From positions 248,001 to 312,000 of the forward strand of contig JAKMXF010000297.1 in NCBI GenBank assembly GCA_024704765.1: a DNA stretch of 64,000 bases. The letters are read 5' to 3'. Below the pieces are notes generated by a model that saw nothing but the letters and a program-made list of their open reading frames with translations, was not told where the DNA came from and did no database searches. Source of the DNA: Oopsacas minuta (taxonomy: Eukaryota > Animalia > Porifera). A program made the translations under genes and the position numbers. The stretch's first letter is position 1. Each line of letters opens with the position of its first letter. Below are positions 48,165-59,509 of this stretch, piece after piece.

Positions 48165-49103
48165 ATGACTCTCCATCTTCCTACAGGTACAAGTTCACTA
48201 GCATCTAATCCTGCCACTGAATCGCTATTTCTTCTTTCACCTCATAACCTAGATTCAAAGAAGATGAACGAGAATCATAGGCCAATCAATAATATTAAGT
48301 TTTCAACAGATAACTTCAATAAAGCCATCCGAACTACAGCGGTCCCTCAAATGAAGACAAAAAGGAGTCAATCTCCTACACAGGTAACCTCAACAGTGAG
48401 TAGGCGTTGCTACGACGGAAATAATTCCCAACATTCAGAGGCTGACCATAGTACAGACTGGAAGAAGGATTATCATAATGCCATTGAGAAAAAGCGTCGT
48501 GATCATATTAATACATACATTGACGATATTCACGCCATTCTATTCGAACAGCAAGCTGTCACTCCAAATTGTGACAAGCTGTCTATCCTGACTGCTGCAG
48601 TTGATTATCTCAAGATTATACAACAATCTACTGAAAAATGTAATACAGAACCCACAACGTTATCCTCGTCACCGCCTTCAATAATATCTAATGAGTTTCC
48701 CAACATTATGACTTCCATTCTAAACGGGTTTTTACTTACATTTAGATGTTCAGATTTCACAATTCTCTTCGTATCAGAAGGGGTTGAGTCTCTAATAGGG
48801 TGGCATCCATGTCAAATGTTAAGACAGGATTTTACTAACTTCATAAATCCAGTTGAAGTTGAAAAATTCAAGGAAAATCATAGAAGATGCCTTTGTAATT
48901 ATCAAACAACTTTTATACTAAATGAACCTTCATTAACTTTTGTACACACAATTCGAGGTTGTGTAAATGAACAGTTTGCGCAGCAGAGTAAAATGTTTAC
49001 AATGTTATTCACAGGTGGATTCAAAGTATTGTCTATGCAAGAAAGCGAAGTATTAACCCAAGATGTACTCTGCTTCTCAGCTGTTCTCAGGCTTATTTCA
49101 TAA
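48165..49103 (+). CDS. bHLH-PAS transcription factor (ARNT/BMAL-like basic region) with a single PAS domain
   Basis: HNAIEKKRRDHINTYI...DKLSILTAAVDYLK; PAS-A ILNGFLLTFRC....ILFVSEGV..LIGW.P..M....FTNFINP.EVEKFKE. The start may lie in an upstream exon (47981-48059) spliced to the acceptor at ~48186. Confidence 0.82.
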   Translation: MTLHLPTGTSSLASNPATESLFLLSPHNLDSKKMNENHRPINNIKFSTDNFNKAIRTTAVPQMKTKRSQSPTQVTSTVSRRCYDGNNSQHSEADHSTDWKKDYHNAIEKKRRDHINTYIDDIHAILFEQQAVTPNCDKLSILTAAVDYLKIIQQSTEKCNTEPTTLSSSPPSIISNEFPNIMTSILNGFLLTFRCSDFTILFVSEGVESLIGWHPCQMLRQDFTNFINPVEVEKFKENHRRCLCNYQTTFILNEPSLTFVHTIRGCVNEQFAQQSKMFTMLFTGGFKVLSMQESEVLTQDVLCFSAVLRLIS

Positions 49104-49841
49104 TTCGATATTAATTATATAAAATGTTCCCTGATTTATTGGCAAATATCATTTCTTTATGTCCAACTCTCAGCTTCATAGCATGTACTTCTATCGACTC
49201 TAATCCTTGCTCGACATTCAAGCAGTGCAACCTGGGGTATGCGAGGTTCACAAGCCAGAATCGAAGCACAAATGTCACACGAATTATTGATTCCGCGAAA
49301 TTGAATAATGCATAATGTTCCAGGAATTCCCTCAAATTTGCTGTCCATCACTGAAATCTGTGACAATTTACTATTATAATTTTTCGCAAATATAAATAGT
49401 ATAAACCTTTGTTAAGAATTTTGGATTTTGAAAGTGAAGATTGTCCGTTAATTTCCGGGATCACTTCACGTTCGCACATTTTATTAAACTAAATTGAAAA
49501 ATGAGAGAGAATTATATTGACTGAGTCATTGCGATTTGCGTGATGTTGGCGATGAGCAACTTTAAATCTCTATAGCAGCTACAGTTTTGGAGCTGCGGGT
49601 TCTTATATTATTGTATGAACCTTAACAAGATATGAGTGGGACGAGTAATTTAATCCATAGGCTAGCCTGGAATTAGGATAATAATAATCGGATTATTATG
49701 ATAAACTACTACTCTCAATTACTGGGCAGTTAATTGCATAAATTTTCAACAATCATCAAGCATATTATAGGCTTTATAGCCATTAATTTACATTTCGTTT
49801 TAGTTGTGTTGTGACAGGGTTAAGGTGTACGTAATAGTAAA

Positions 49842-51665
49842 ATGACGACCGTAGCTACTCTGGACACCCTGGTGAGTGAAGCTAATACTCAAACGTTTTA
49901 CTCCTTGAACAAATTAAATTTTACTGATATCTCCTCCATATGGGATGCTATGTGTCTGTATATACATGATCAAATGATTCAGAAGAAAGGAGTCGCTATT
50001 CCTGGACTAGGGACATTCTGTTTTTCAATGAAACAGATATTTCTTGGTCAGAAGGAATCTGTTGAGTTGAGTAGACCCATGTTCCTGCTCTCCAACACGG
50101 TAGGACCTCAAGGACAGAAACCTCATGTGTCTGGACAGATGTCAGTTATTGACCTCAACTTTAGCTCTATTTCTCAGTTGGCAGGAAGGACACGTGACCA
50201 AGTTATGGGTTGTATCAAAGAGCTTTTGGTGCTGTTGAAACGTTTCATAGACAAGGGACAAGGATTTCTACTTATCTTCAATTCTATTTGTAGTATATAT
50301 TTCAGGAATAAGAGAGTTAAAGTAAAATTCTTTCAAGATTTTCTTGATGTACTCGGAATACCAGATAACTATACTTCCCGACTTTACTCACCTTTATCAC
50401 GGGGTTCTTCATCCTTCCCTCTCTCTGACTCTACCTCTTCTAACCGAGGAGAGACCCCCAGCTTACCTAACATCTCACACACTACCTCAAAACCTCCACA
50501 AACCCCAACCAAACCTACCTTTGCAGTCACTAATACCGTTAAGTCTCCTTCAAAGCTATACATAACTACTACTGTAAATTCTCCACCTAGCAGACATCTA
50601 TCAACAGATCATCGCTCCAGAACTAAATCTGCTCCAACAGCCCCATTAGTTAAGAACAATCAGGGAGAGATGTGTCCTTGCTGTGAGATGAGATCAGCTA
50701 GGAACGCCACAACACCCTCTCCAATAGACTGGAAAAAGAAGGTGCAGGCAGACGAGAATGAGCAACTCAAATTCCAAGTAGAACAAGATGCAGCAGTGAT
50801 AGCTCGGGATCTGATGGCTCTAGCAAAGAGACGGAAAGAAAACAAAGACGTTTCAGCTCTGAATTGGAGTGCAGCTGAGGAACTTAAAAATAGTAGGAAA
50901 GTACGTTCTCATTCTACTGAACCATCTTACCTATTCCACTCACGCTCTACTACTCCATCGAGGTATGTGAAGCAGCATGAATACTGGACAGACCTAGCAC
51001 ACCAGGTAAAGGATAAACAGGTAGAAATGGAACGGGCTCTGCTCTTGAAGAAGGAGACTGAGAAGAGTGATCAGGAGAGGCTCTCCCAAGCAATGGTTAG
51101 AGAAATACAGCTCTACCAGAAGCAGCGAATAGAGAATGCGAGGATATACCATGATACTTTGGACTACCAAATGACTTCACAGCGTACTAAGGAGCTAGAA
51201 GTGAAGGAACCCATCTTAAAGGGAGAAGGAGTTGACTTGATTGAGTTGGAGATGAACAGGAGACAAGAGAAGAGAGGACAAGCTAAAAAGCTGTATAAGG
51301 AGCAGTTGAACATAGCTGAGCAAAAGAAACAAATTCAGACAGAAACAGCGAGATTGGAATTGAAGAAAGAAGCACTGAAATTACAGGCTATCAAGAAACA
51401 GCTAGTGGTGGATAGGGAAAAGAGTTACAGAGAGCAACAACACAAATTCACTCAATTAGCTAAGTCTTGGGACCAGAGTATTGCTGAGAAGAAGTTACAA
51501 ACTGATTTAGAAGAGAGTGAGTTGAAGAAGGACTATATTTCTATTCTTGATCAATCCAGTGGGTATGGACGTTGTAAGCAGTGTCAGAGAGATGGGACAA
51601 ATCGTGGAACTTCTAACGTTCTACATGACACACGATACATTGCTGGGTCCAGACATATGACCTGA
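49842..51665 (+). CDS. CCDC81: Coiled-coil domain-containing protein 81 (HU-like domains), intronless
   Basis: IWDAM..YI..QM.QKKGV.IPGLGTF, RPMFLLS, long coiled coil, C-terminal CKQCQR...NRG.SN....RYIAGSR. Confidence 0.88.
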   Translation: MTTVATLDTLVSEANTQTFYSLNKLNFTDISSIWDAMCLYIHDQMIQKKGVAIPGLGTFCFSMKQIFLGQKESVELSRPMFLLSNTVGPQGQKPHVSGQMSVIDLNFSSISQLAGRTRDQVMGCIKELLVLLKRFIDKGQGFLLIFNSICSIYFRNKRVKVKFFQDFLDVLGIPDNYTSRLYSPLSRGSSSFPLSDSTSSNRGETPSLPNISHTTSKPPQTPTKPTFAVTNTVKSPSKLYITTTVNSPPSRHLSTDHRSRTKSAPTAPLVKNNQGEMCPCCEMRSARNATTPSPIDWKKKVQADENEQLKFQVEQDAAVIARDLMALAKRRKENKDVSALNWSAAEELKNSRKVRSHSTEPSYLFHSRSTTPSRYVKQHEYWTDLAHQVKDKQVEMERALLLKKETEKSDQERLSQAMVREIQLYQKQRIENARIYHDTLDYQMTSQRTKELEVKEPILKGEGVDLIELEMNRRQEKRGQAKKLYKEQLNIAEQKKQIQTETARLELKKEALKLQAIKKQLVVDREKSYREQQHKFTQLAKSWDQSIAEKKLQTDLEESELKKDYISILDQSSGYGRCKQCQRDGTNRGTSNVLHDTRYIAGSRHMT

Positions 51666-52722
51666 TTAGCTACCCTATCACTTCGCTACGCTATTGTCAT
51701 ATAAGACGTGTATGTATATTCGTACTAACAGCATTGAACTCTTCACTCTTATTCCAAGTACAGCCTTGATGTACTATTAGCCATACTCTTGTATTGATCA
51801 AATGGTTATTATTATTATTCTCATACTATTTATTATAATTATTCGAATATCATATTCAAACTTATATGGCGGGTCTGTGGGTGAAATAGATTGCAGACCA
51901 TTGATCTAATTAATATGTTTCACAGTAGCGGGTATCTTTACCCCAGCCCCCTATTGGCTCGCTTTATTTAATGTGTAGCCGCCGTATCCACTAATTCCTA
52001 ATTCTATGAAATATTTATTCTATTATTTATTTATTTTGTAAGCAGAGTTTGACATTGGGGAAATCAACTACTTGTGGCAATGCACCGCTTCATTATGATC
52101 GGAATTTCATTGAATCCATTCATAAAAGAAGCTCTTATAATGTTATTAATTAAATGGAATGATGATTCCTGACCATTAGACCTTTCGTTGTAACTCATGA
52201 TTTATTATTCTATATAACTATTATTTCAATGACTATACCCTATACTGTATAATGCTTCCTTGAACATTTTACTTTAATACCATTTATAGCCTTCAGTCCT
52301 CGAATCGGCGCTATCTGCATTTCTATTATACCGAATTCATTCTATAATTTTTCATGGAAATAAGTGTACGTTCGTTCTTATAATCTATCTAATTAACATA
52401 TTTGTTAACACGTTATCTAATCTATAATAACACTTACTCAAAGTATTCAGGTGTTGCCAATTACAACGACGATGTTAATATTTTGTACTCTTACTAAATG
52501 CAACAAATTTCCTGGCTTAATATGGAATCTTTTTGAAATTGCTTGCGTTTTTAGAATCAATTACTTCTGTTACTTTGTATAACCCAGTTCAGTTGCATTA
52601 TGAGCTATTTACATATCACCGAAATATTATGATAGATTTCTGATGGGTGGCAGTTTTTGTTTATAGCAATGATTCGAGAGCTGTAAGAGTAATACACATA
52701 CGTACTTAGATTCTAGATTTTT

Positions 52723-52900
52723 CTATAATAGAAGATTATAGAAAACACAATAATTCTATTTTAGAAGATTCTCACAAGATACCTTTTGTATATTGTAAGA
52801 CAAAAAGTATATTGTAAGAATATTTATTTTCTACTATTATAGAAGATTTTAGAAGACACAATAATTATATTCTAGAACATTCTTATAATATCCTTTTTGC
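52723..52900. repeat. Degenerate direct duplication of ~65 bp (copies ~52723-52790 and ~52834-52900)
   Basis: tatagaagattatagaaaacacaataatt... vs tatagaagattttagaagacacaataatt... Confidence 0.7.
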
Positions 52901-53086
52901 AATTTTGTGTCCCTGTTACGAGTTGTTCTTTATGAGCCCGTGGATTCGAGTTAGAAAACACTGTCATAGCAAAATACAACTTATATGCGGTATTGGCTGA
53001 ATGGTAGATTATGGTGGAATATGACTGAATATTTAACTTTACAAGGTTGCAAGCTTGCAACTGAATGACTCATTATTCAGATCAAC

Positions 53087-53588
53087 CAGAGGCGTAGCTA
53101 GGGTGAAGCACATGTAGCATGCTAAATTTGATTACCGCACCTGTGCCTTATACTAAAGTATAGTCGATACAGTAAAAACATATGAAAACGGGGCAAGAAA
53201 TTCATTTTAAAGCAAATGTGCTGAATAATTATACAGTGCGGATGATTAGAAAAGATTATCCCAAAGAAATACGAACATTACAAAATTCAATAAAATTTAT
53301 GTCATATTTTGAATTGAGCCTGAACTAGATGAAGGATGGCCGTTTGAACTTTTGACTAGTCTAAATTGATTCCTCTGATTTTTTACCCTAAAGAGGTTCA
53401 ATTCGCAAACATTGAAGGATTAATTATTATTTTTCCTTTAATGAGAGTTATTAAACTTGACTCTTATTTTACTATGATTCGGCAGCATATATAGCCGTGT
53501 TTTAGTAGGCCATGGAACACACGATGGTGGACAAAAAAGTAGCACATGTGCGGAATATGCTACCTGTGACGCACCCTAGCTATGTCTG
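53087..53588. mobile_element. About 500-bp MITE with ~34-bp TIRs and 3-bp TSD (Harbinger-like)
   Basis: cagaggcgtagctagggtgaagcacatgtagcat vs reverse complement cagacatagctagggtgcgtcacaggtagcat; AAC on both flanks. Confidence 0.65.
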
Positions 53589-53614
53589 AACCTGTATAAT
53601 TATGTGTAATAATA

Positions 53615-53773
53615 CAGTATAACTCGGATAAGACTTACACTGACTACACTCGCTCAATATGTACTTCTCCTTTCAACCCAAAAATCTACTTTTCATTCAT
53701 TTTAATACAATCCTTATCCGGATAAGATGTGCACTCGGATAGTACGTACTAACGTCTTATCCGAGTTTCACTG
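53615..53773. mobile_element. TA-flanked CAGT MITE
   Basis: TIR cagtataactcggataagac / cagtgaaactcggataagac. Confidence 0.8.
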
Positions 53774-55269
53774 TACGTATACGTAGCCTAGCTAGACTCA
53801 GGCCTACCCGGGGCTAGGCTTGGGCAATCATTAAACTCTAGCTATGCCCTGTTTTCAACCACACCCTTCGTTTTCAGATGTATACTATAATAAAGGGTTT
53901 CCAGCAATCTTTATTGCTACATATAGATAATTCAGCAATTCTTACTACTGAAGTATTCTATTATATGATTTGTCTATGGATAATCTTTTACCAAAGTTAT
54001 TCCATGAATTAATTAATAATTGAATCTCTAACCTTCATGTTTATGCCTATTTATGGTCTCCTTATCTATACTCTAGAAATTTATTCAATAGGTCAATAGT
54101 CTAATATAATTGTTGGTTTACTTTTTAGCAAGTTCATTCTCTAATTCCAGTACTATTTTACTATTCCATAAAAGTTCTAGTAAATATGATAGCATATGTT
54201 TCTCAGAATTATACACCGATACTGTATACCATGATATATCGATGATGAAAGAGCAAGGTCATGTACTTTCATTATAATTAAGGTGCTAAAATTTCAATAC
54301 ATATCTGCTTTGAATCAATATATTTAGCTAACGTTTGTGCCCGGCGCAATCAGGACCTGCTTAAATCATTGTAATGTATTGATTCTTAAAGAAAGGATAG
54401 AGAAATTGATGTTTTAAATAACATCAAAAACTAATTCATGTGTAAGGTTACATAATGTGTCCAATAGTGATTTTTATTGCATAATATTACTACAAATGTC
54501 TATAGTTTGTTGACCTCATCAAATTTTGATTTTTGTGTTTGTTTCGTAATATTTTGAGAACCATCGCTGAAGAGATGAATATATTTTGGCCAATCATTTT
54601 AACTTTATTAATAAACTACGTACATTTCTAAAGAATAAGAAATCTCTATTAACTCAGTATTCGGAAATTAATATCGTCTTTTGAAAATTTGAATTATGCT
54701 CTATTTGAGTTTGTATACTGTCTAAAAATAAACCGCCTATTACAAAGATACCTCTGTAAAATAGAACTGTGTGCTAATATTAAAGACCAGTATTTGCACC
54801 CATAAATTGTGTTACGATATTTTCAAAATTCTTGAAAATTATGCGAATTTTCAACTCAAAATTTTTTAAGATTATAATTTTCATCGAAACTAGGTATCAT
54901 CATCGCCTGTATAAATTTGTAGTAGGTTATTTGCTAATTGTGTGTGAAAATGGAATTAAATGTTTATAACTATTAAGTATGCAATTGTGAATGAAGAAGA
55001 TCTTGTCGGAAATGTGATGTATTCAGATGAGATATACGTATATGCTAACCATCTGTTATGTAATTCTATATTTAATGGTTTAAAATGGATAATAGAAAGC
55101 CATCTGTGCAGCCAGAAAACAATGATACATTTCTATTATTACAGAGTAATAATTAGATTAATGTGGTTTGCCTTATAGACCTGAGCAACATTGCATTGTA
55201 CAACTAATTTATATAAATAGCAGGAAATGTTCTCCAAATTCAAAAAGGAAAATTCATCTTTTCAACAAC

Positions 55270-57045
55270 ATGAAACAAATATTAGGAATACTATTCAGCC
55301 TTATTGCGATAGCTAACTTGGTAGTCGGTCGGGAATTATCATCATGTGAAAATCTGACAGACATAACAAGAATAAACGAGGGATACAACTATATAGAAGG
55401 TGATATTCTCATACCTTTGGAAAATTTGGATGATTTCATTACTTCAACAGATCCATACTCACCCCAGAACGCTGTAGCTAGAAACACAGCTGTCCTATGG
55501 GAAAATGGCTTGGTTCCCTATGAATTATCATCATCTCTTAGCCAGGTAGCGAGGAATGCCATAATTACCGCTATGGAATTTTACGTTAGTAGGTCGTGTA
55601 TCGAATTTGTAGTAAGAACCACTGAACCAAACTGGCTATATTTCTTCCCTGGAAGAGGTTGCTACAGTTATATCGGGAACATACAACGTGGAGGACAGGA
55701 AGTATCAATAGGTCAGGGCTGTGAGTATCCTGGGATTGTTAAACATGAAATATTCCACGCATTAGCACGATGGCACGAACAGAGTCGCCCCGATCGAGAT
55801 CAGTATATTAATATTCACCTAGACAACATTATAGATAGCCAGGAATCGAATTTCGAGAGAGTGTCATCAGATGTAGCAACTACACAAGGTCTTCCATATG
55901 ATTTCGGGTCCATTATGCATTACCGTGATACTGCATTTACTTCTAATGGTCAGAGAACTATCACGACCCTTGATCCTGCCAATCAGAATTTAATAGGTCA
56001 GCGCGACACCCTATCTGATACTGATATGGAACACGTGAATATTCTCTACTCTTGTGGTGAACGGTCTCCAATGTGGTCTGATTGGTCTGAATATTCCAGT
56101 TGTCCAGAAAATTGTAGGGATTATATGCGAAATAGAACAAGGACATGTATAGGCGGTGGCTGTCCAGGAAACTTTATAGAGTTTCTATCATGTGGTTCTG
56201 AAGCCTGTTCTACACTATCAAGCTGGGGTACATGGGGTGAGTGGACACAATGTAGTGTATCTTGTAATACAGGGTATAGATATAGGACCAGAGTTTGTCA
56301 AAATGGGAATGACTGTCCTGGACTATATTATGAAATAGACAGGACCTGTGGTAGTAATCCCTGTATCGTCGCTACCTGGAGTGAGTGGAGTGAGTATGGG
56401 TCATGCTCTCTAACTTGTGGAGGTGGAAGTATGACACGAACACGTGAATGTTCTGTAGAGAATGTATGTGTGGGTCCAACAACTCAGACAATAGCCTGTG
56501 CCACCAATCCTTGTATAGATGATGAAGAAATAATCAGTAACAGCCTGAGAGCACTCGGGTGTTTTCAGTATCTTGACACTTCTAACCTATTCTACTACAA
56601 TAACGGTACTACATTTCAACTAGACATAGAAGAAATCGCAGCTACACGCAGAGCTATAGTAAAGTGTTCCCAATCTGCTATCAGTAGAAATAGGTTATTC
56701 TTTGCTATGATAGACGGCTATTGTATGCAAGAGGGAGGTACTGATATTAGTATAAGACCATTTGTTCATACAACAGCATTGGATAGATGTTCCAATCAAG
56801 TAGGTAGCTACGATAATCAATTAGCCATGGATTTATGGTACATATACGATGTTAGCGGTATCACTGCCAGGGTTAGGAGAGATACTTTCTTGGATGGTAA
56901 TAACACCAATGTAGAAGAAATGGAAGCTGAAGCTTGTGGAATTAATATGGGTGTAGAAGGGTCAGGCAATGGAGTAGGGAATCTAGCACCAAACTTGTTA
57001 TATGCAATGATAGCTCTCCTTGTTCTACTGGTTCTACAATATTAA
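55270..57045 (+). CDS. Astacin metalloprotease A: signal peptide, propeptide, astacin domain, 3 TSP1 repeats, Cys-containing (WSC-like) domain, GPI-type tail; intronless
   Basis: EGDI propeptide, HEIFHALARWHEQSRPDRD, Met-turn SIMHY, WSxW...CS.SC TSP1 motifs, hydrophobic C-terminus LLYAMIALLVLLVLQY. ATG at 55270. Confidence 0.93.
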   Translation: MKQILGILFSLIAIANLVVGRELSSCENLTDITRINEGYNYIEGDILIPLENLDDFITSTDPYSPQNAVARNTAVLWENGLVPYELSSSLSQVARNAIITAMEFYVSRSCIEFVVRTTEPNWLYFFPGRGCYSYIGNIQRGGQEVSIGQGCEYPGIVKHEIFHALARWHEQSRPDRDQYINIHLDNIIDSQESNFERVSSDVATTQGLPYDFGSIMHYRDTAFTSNGQRTITTLDPANQNLIGQRDTLSDTDMEHVNILYSCGERSPMWSDWSEYSSCPENCRDYMRNRTRTCIGGGCPGNFIEFLSCGSEACSTLSSWGTWGEWTQCSVSCNTGYRYRTRVCQNGNDCPGLYYEIDRTCGSNPCIVATWSEWSEYGSCSLTCGGGSMTRTRECSVENVCVGPTTQTIACATNPCIDDEEIISNSLRALGCFQYLDTSNLFYYNNGTTFQLDIEEIAATRRAIVKCSQSAISRNRLFFAMIDGYCMQEGGTDISIRPFVHTTALDRCSNQVGSYDNQLAMDLWYIYDVSGITARVRRDTFLDGNNTNVEEMEAEACGINMGVEGSGNGVGNLAPNLLYAMIALLVLLVLQY

Positions 57046-58936
57046 ATATAATTGCCACACCATGGAATCATTAGTATTTTTATCTATAAACTATCTTTCT
57101 CCTTATGTAATTATTCCTTTAAAGTGGTATATGTTTTCTATCTTAACATTGTTGTTAAATACAATACCTTTCTATAAATATTTACTCCATTTTTACTTAC
57201 GAAAAGCACTACGTATTTACTTTTGGGAACCAAGTGGAAAAGGATACTATCAATAGGATGGTATATCATAATGTGTCTTCCATTACGAATATATGTGGAG
57301 ATTTACTAGTATATGTCTCACTAAATACACTCTCCTTTCTCTATGATAACTCGAAATTACATACATACTGTCGTAAACAATTACATAGTATTCGCTTGAA
57401 TAATTTTGTGTAAATTATGAGGAATTACAATTTCAACTTTTTATCATTTATATATTGGCTGAGCAGGCCCTTGGTCAATTAATATCCCTGTATCATGCAT
57501 TTCATTCATATATTATATTAGCAAGCGGGTCAATAATATGTGGACAAATACCATTATGCTATTTTAGTCTTCATTCCTCATGTAAAGAAATGGACAAAAA
57601 CCCGATTTCAACTATATATCCTACTTCATTTTATAGATCAGAATTGCTCGATATAGGCTATAATATTCCCTCGGCTCAGTACATTCGATTGGTTCTCAAT
57701 AGTGAATACCAAAGTATTGTTATTATAATTTAACAATATTCAAATACAAGATTTTGTCAGACTGTTAGAAACTATATTATAAGTATAAAATTAAAAGTAA
57801 TAATTCAGATGATAGGATTACATTGCTGAATCCTAGAGATGATGTGCAAGTATATTTTTTCTCTGTCCATTTTTTCTATAGGGGTATAATTATACATTAT
57901 CATCCCTTACATGGGAAATGATCTCACTCGCATCCAAAATATACCATAAATCCATAGTTAATCCATCTGCGTAGCTACCTACTTGATTGATACATCTACC
58001 CTGTGCTGTTTCAGACACGAATTCTGTAATGCCAGTATCGATACTACCTCGCTCTTGCATACAATAGCCATCTATCATGCCAAATACTATCTTATTTCTA
58101 CTGATGGCAGATTGGGCACACTTTACTATAGCTCGATGTGTAGCTGCGGTTTCTTCTATGTCCAGGTCAAATGTAGAGCCATTATTATAGTAGGTTAGAG
58201 CAGAAGTTTCAAGATACTGGAAACACCCCAGTGATATCATATTGTTACTGATTATTTCTTCATCATCTATACAAGGATTGGTGGTACAGGCTATTGTCTG
58301 AGTTGTTGGACCCACACATACATTCTCTACAGAACATTCACGTGTTCGTGTCATACTTCCACCTCCACAAGTTAGAGAGCATGACCCATACTCACTCCAC
58401 TCACTCCAGGTAGCGACGATACAGGGATTACTACCACAGGTCCTGTCTATTTCATAATATAGTCCAGGACAGTCATTCCCATTTTGACAAACTCTGGTCC
58501 TATATCTATACCCTGTATTACAAGATACACTACATTGTGTCCACTCACCCCATGTACCCCAGCTTGATAGTGTAGAACAGGCTTCAGAACCACATGATAG
58601 AAACTCTATAAAGTTTCCTGGACAGCCACCGCCTATACATGTCCTTGTTCTATTTCGCATATAATCCCTACAATTTTCTGGACAACTGGAATATTCAGAC
58701 CAATCAGACCACATTGGAGACCGTTCACCACAAGAGTAGAGAATATTCACGTGTTCCATATCAGTATCAGATAGGGTGTCGCGCTGACCTATTAAATTCT
58801 GATTGGCAGGATCAAGGGTCGTGATAGTTCTCTGACCATTAGAAGTATATGCAGTATCACGGTAATGCATAATGGACCCGAAATCATATGGAAGACCTTG
58901 TGTAGTTGCTACATCTGATGGCACTCTCTCGAAATT
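55849..58936. repeat. 694-bp inverted repeat, arms 55849-56542 and 58243-58936, 3 mismatches, 1.7-kb spacer
   Basis: Base-by-base comparison; differences only at about 55864, 55933 and 56499 of the left arm. Confidence 0.92.
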
Positions 58937-59509
58937 TATTTCCATATCTGGTATAATGTTTTCAAAATTAACTTGTATGTGGTTATCTCTATCAGGGCGG
59001 CTCTGTTCATGCCATCGCCCTAATGCATGGAATATTTCATGTGCAGCAATTCCAGGTGTTTCACAAAAACGTCCTATTGAGATCTCCTGAGCTCCAATTT
59101 GAAATCGTTTTCCAATCCAACTGGAGCAACCATTCCCGCTGATGAACTTTACCCAATCTTGTTCATTGGTCCTTTCTACAAATCTAATACATGTGTTGTC
59201 AACGAACATTTTCATAGCTTCAAAGATGGCATTCCTCGCTAATTGGCTAAGAGATGAATGGAATTCATAGGGAACCACGCCGTTATCCCATAGAGACCAT
59301 TGGAACCTAAGTACTGCGTTCTGGGGTGAGAATGGGTCTGTACCAAAATCACGTAAAGTGTCATCAGGCATTATAATATCACCTTCTATATAGTTGTATG
59401 CCTCGTTTATTTGGGTAATATCCATCTGATCCTCGCCTGCTAATCCCCGACCCATTACCAAATTTGTTATTGCAATAATGCTGAATAGTAGTGCTAGTAT
59501 TTGTTTCAT
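57890..59509 (-). CDS. Astacin metalloprotease B, convergent paralog of A; C-terminus truncated or completed by a micro-intron
   Basis: HEIFHALGRWHEQSRPDRD, SIMHY, 3 TSP1 repeats; the ORF stops at HVRDDNV before the hydrophobic tail. Confidence 0.9.
   Translation of the reverse strand: MKQILALLFSIIAITNLVMGRGLAGEDQMDITQINEAYNYIEGDIIMPDDTLRDFGTDPFSPQNAVLRFQWSLWDNGVVPYEFHSSLSQLARNAIFEAMKMFVDNTCIRFVERTNEQDWVKFISGNGCSSWIGKRFQIGAQEISIGRFCETPGIAAHEIFHALGRWHEQSRPDRDNHIQVNFENIIPDMEINFERVPSDVATTQGLPYDFGSIMHYRDTAYTSNGQRTITTLDPANQNLIGQRDTLSDTDMEHVNILYSCGERSPMWSDWSEYSSCPENCRDYMRNRTRTCIGGGCPGNFIEFLSCGSEACSTLSSWGTWGEWTQCSVSCNTGYRYRTRVCQNGNDCPGLYYEIDRTCGSNPCIVATWSEWSEYGSCSLTCGGGSMTRTRECSVENVCVGPTTQTIACTTNPCIDDEEIISNNMISLGCFQYLETSALTYYNNGSTFDLDIEETAATHRAIVKCAQSAISRNKIVFGMIDGYCMQERGSIDTGITEFVSETAQGRCINQVGSYADGLTMDLWYILDASEIISHVRDDNV

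Noticed and set aside
49104-49370. Possible PAS-B exon after the bHLH-PAS stop
   Set aside because: No frame shows a PAS-B pattern and there is no canonical GT donor at the end of PAS-A.
28613-51665. Cilia-related genes (TCTEX1D2, CCDC81, inversin-like) as a functional cluster
   Set aside because: They are separated by many unrelated genes; expected by chance in a gene-dense genome.
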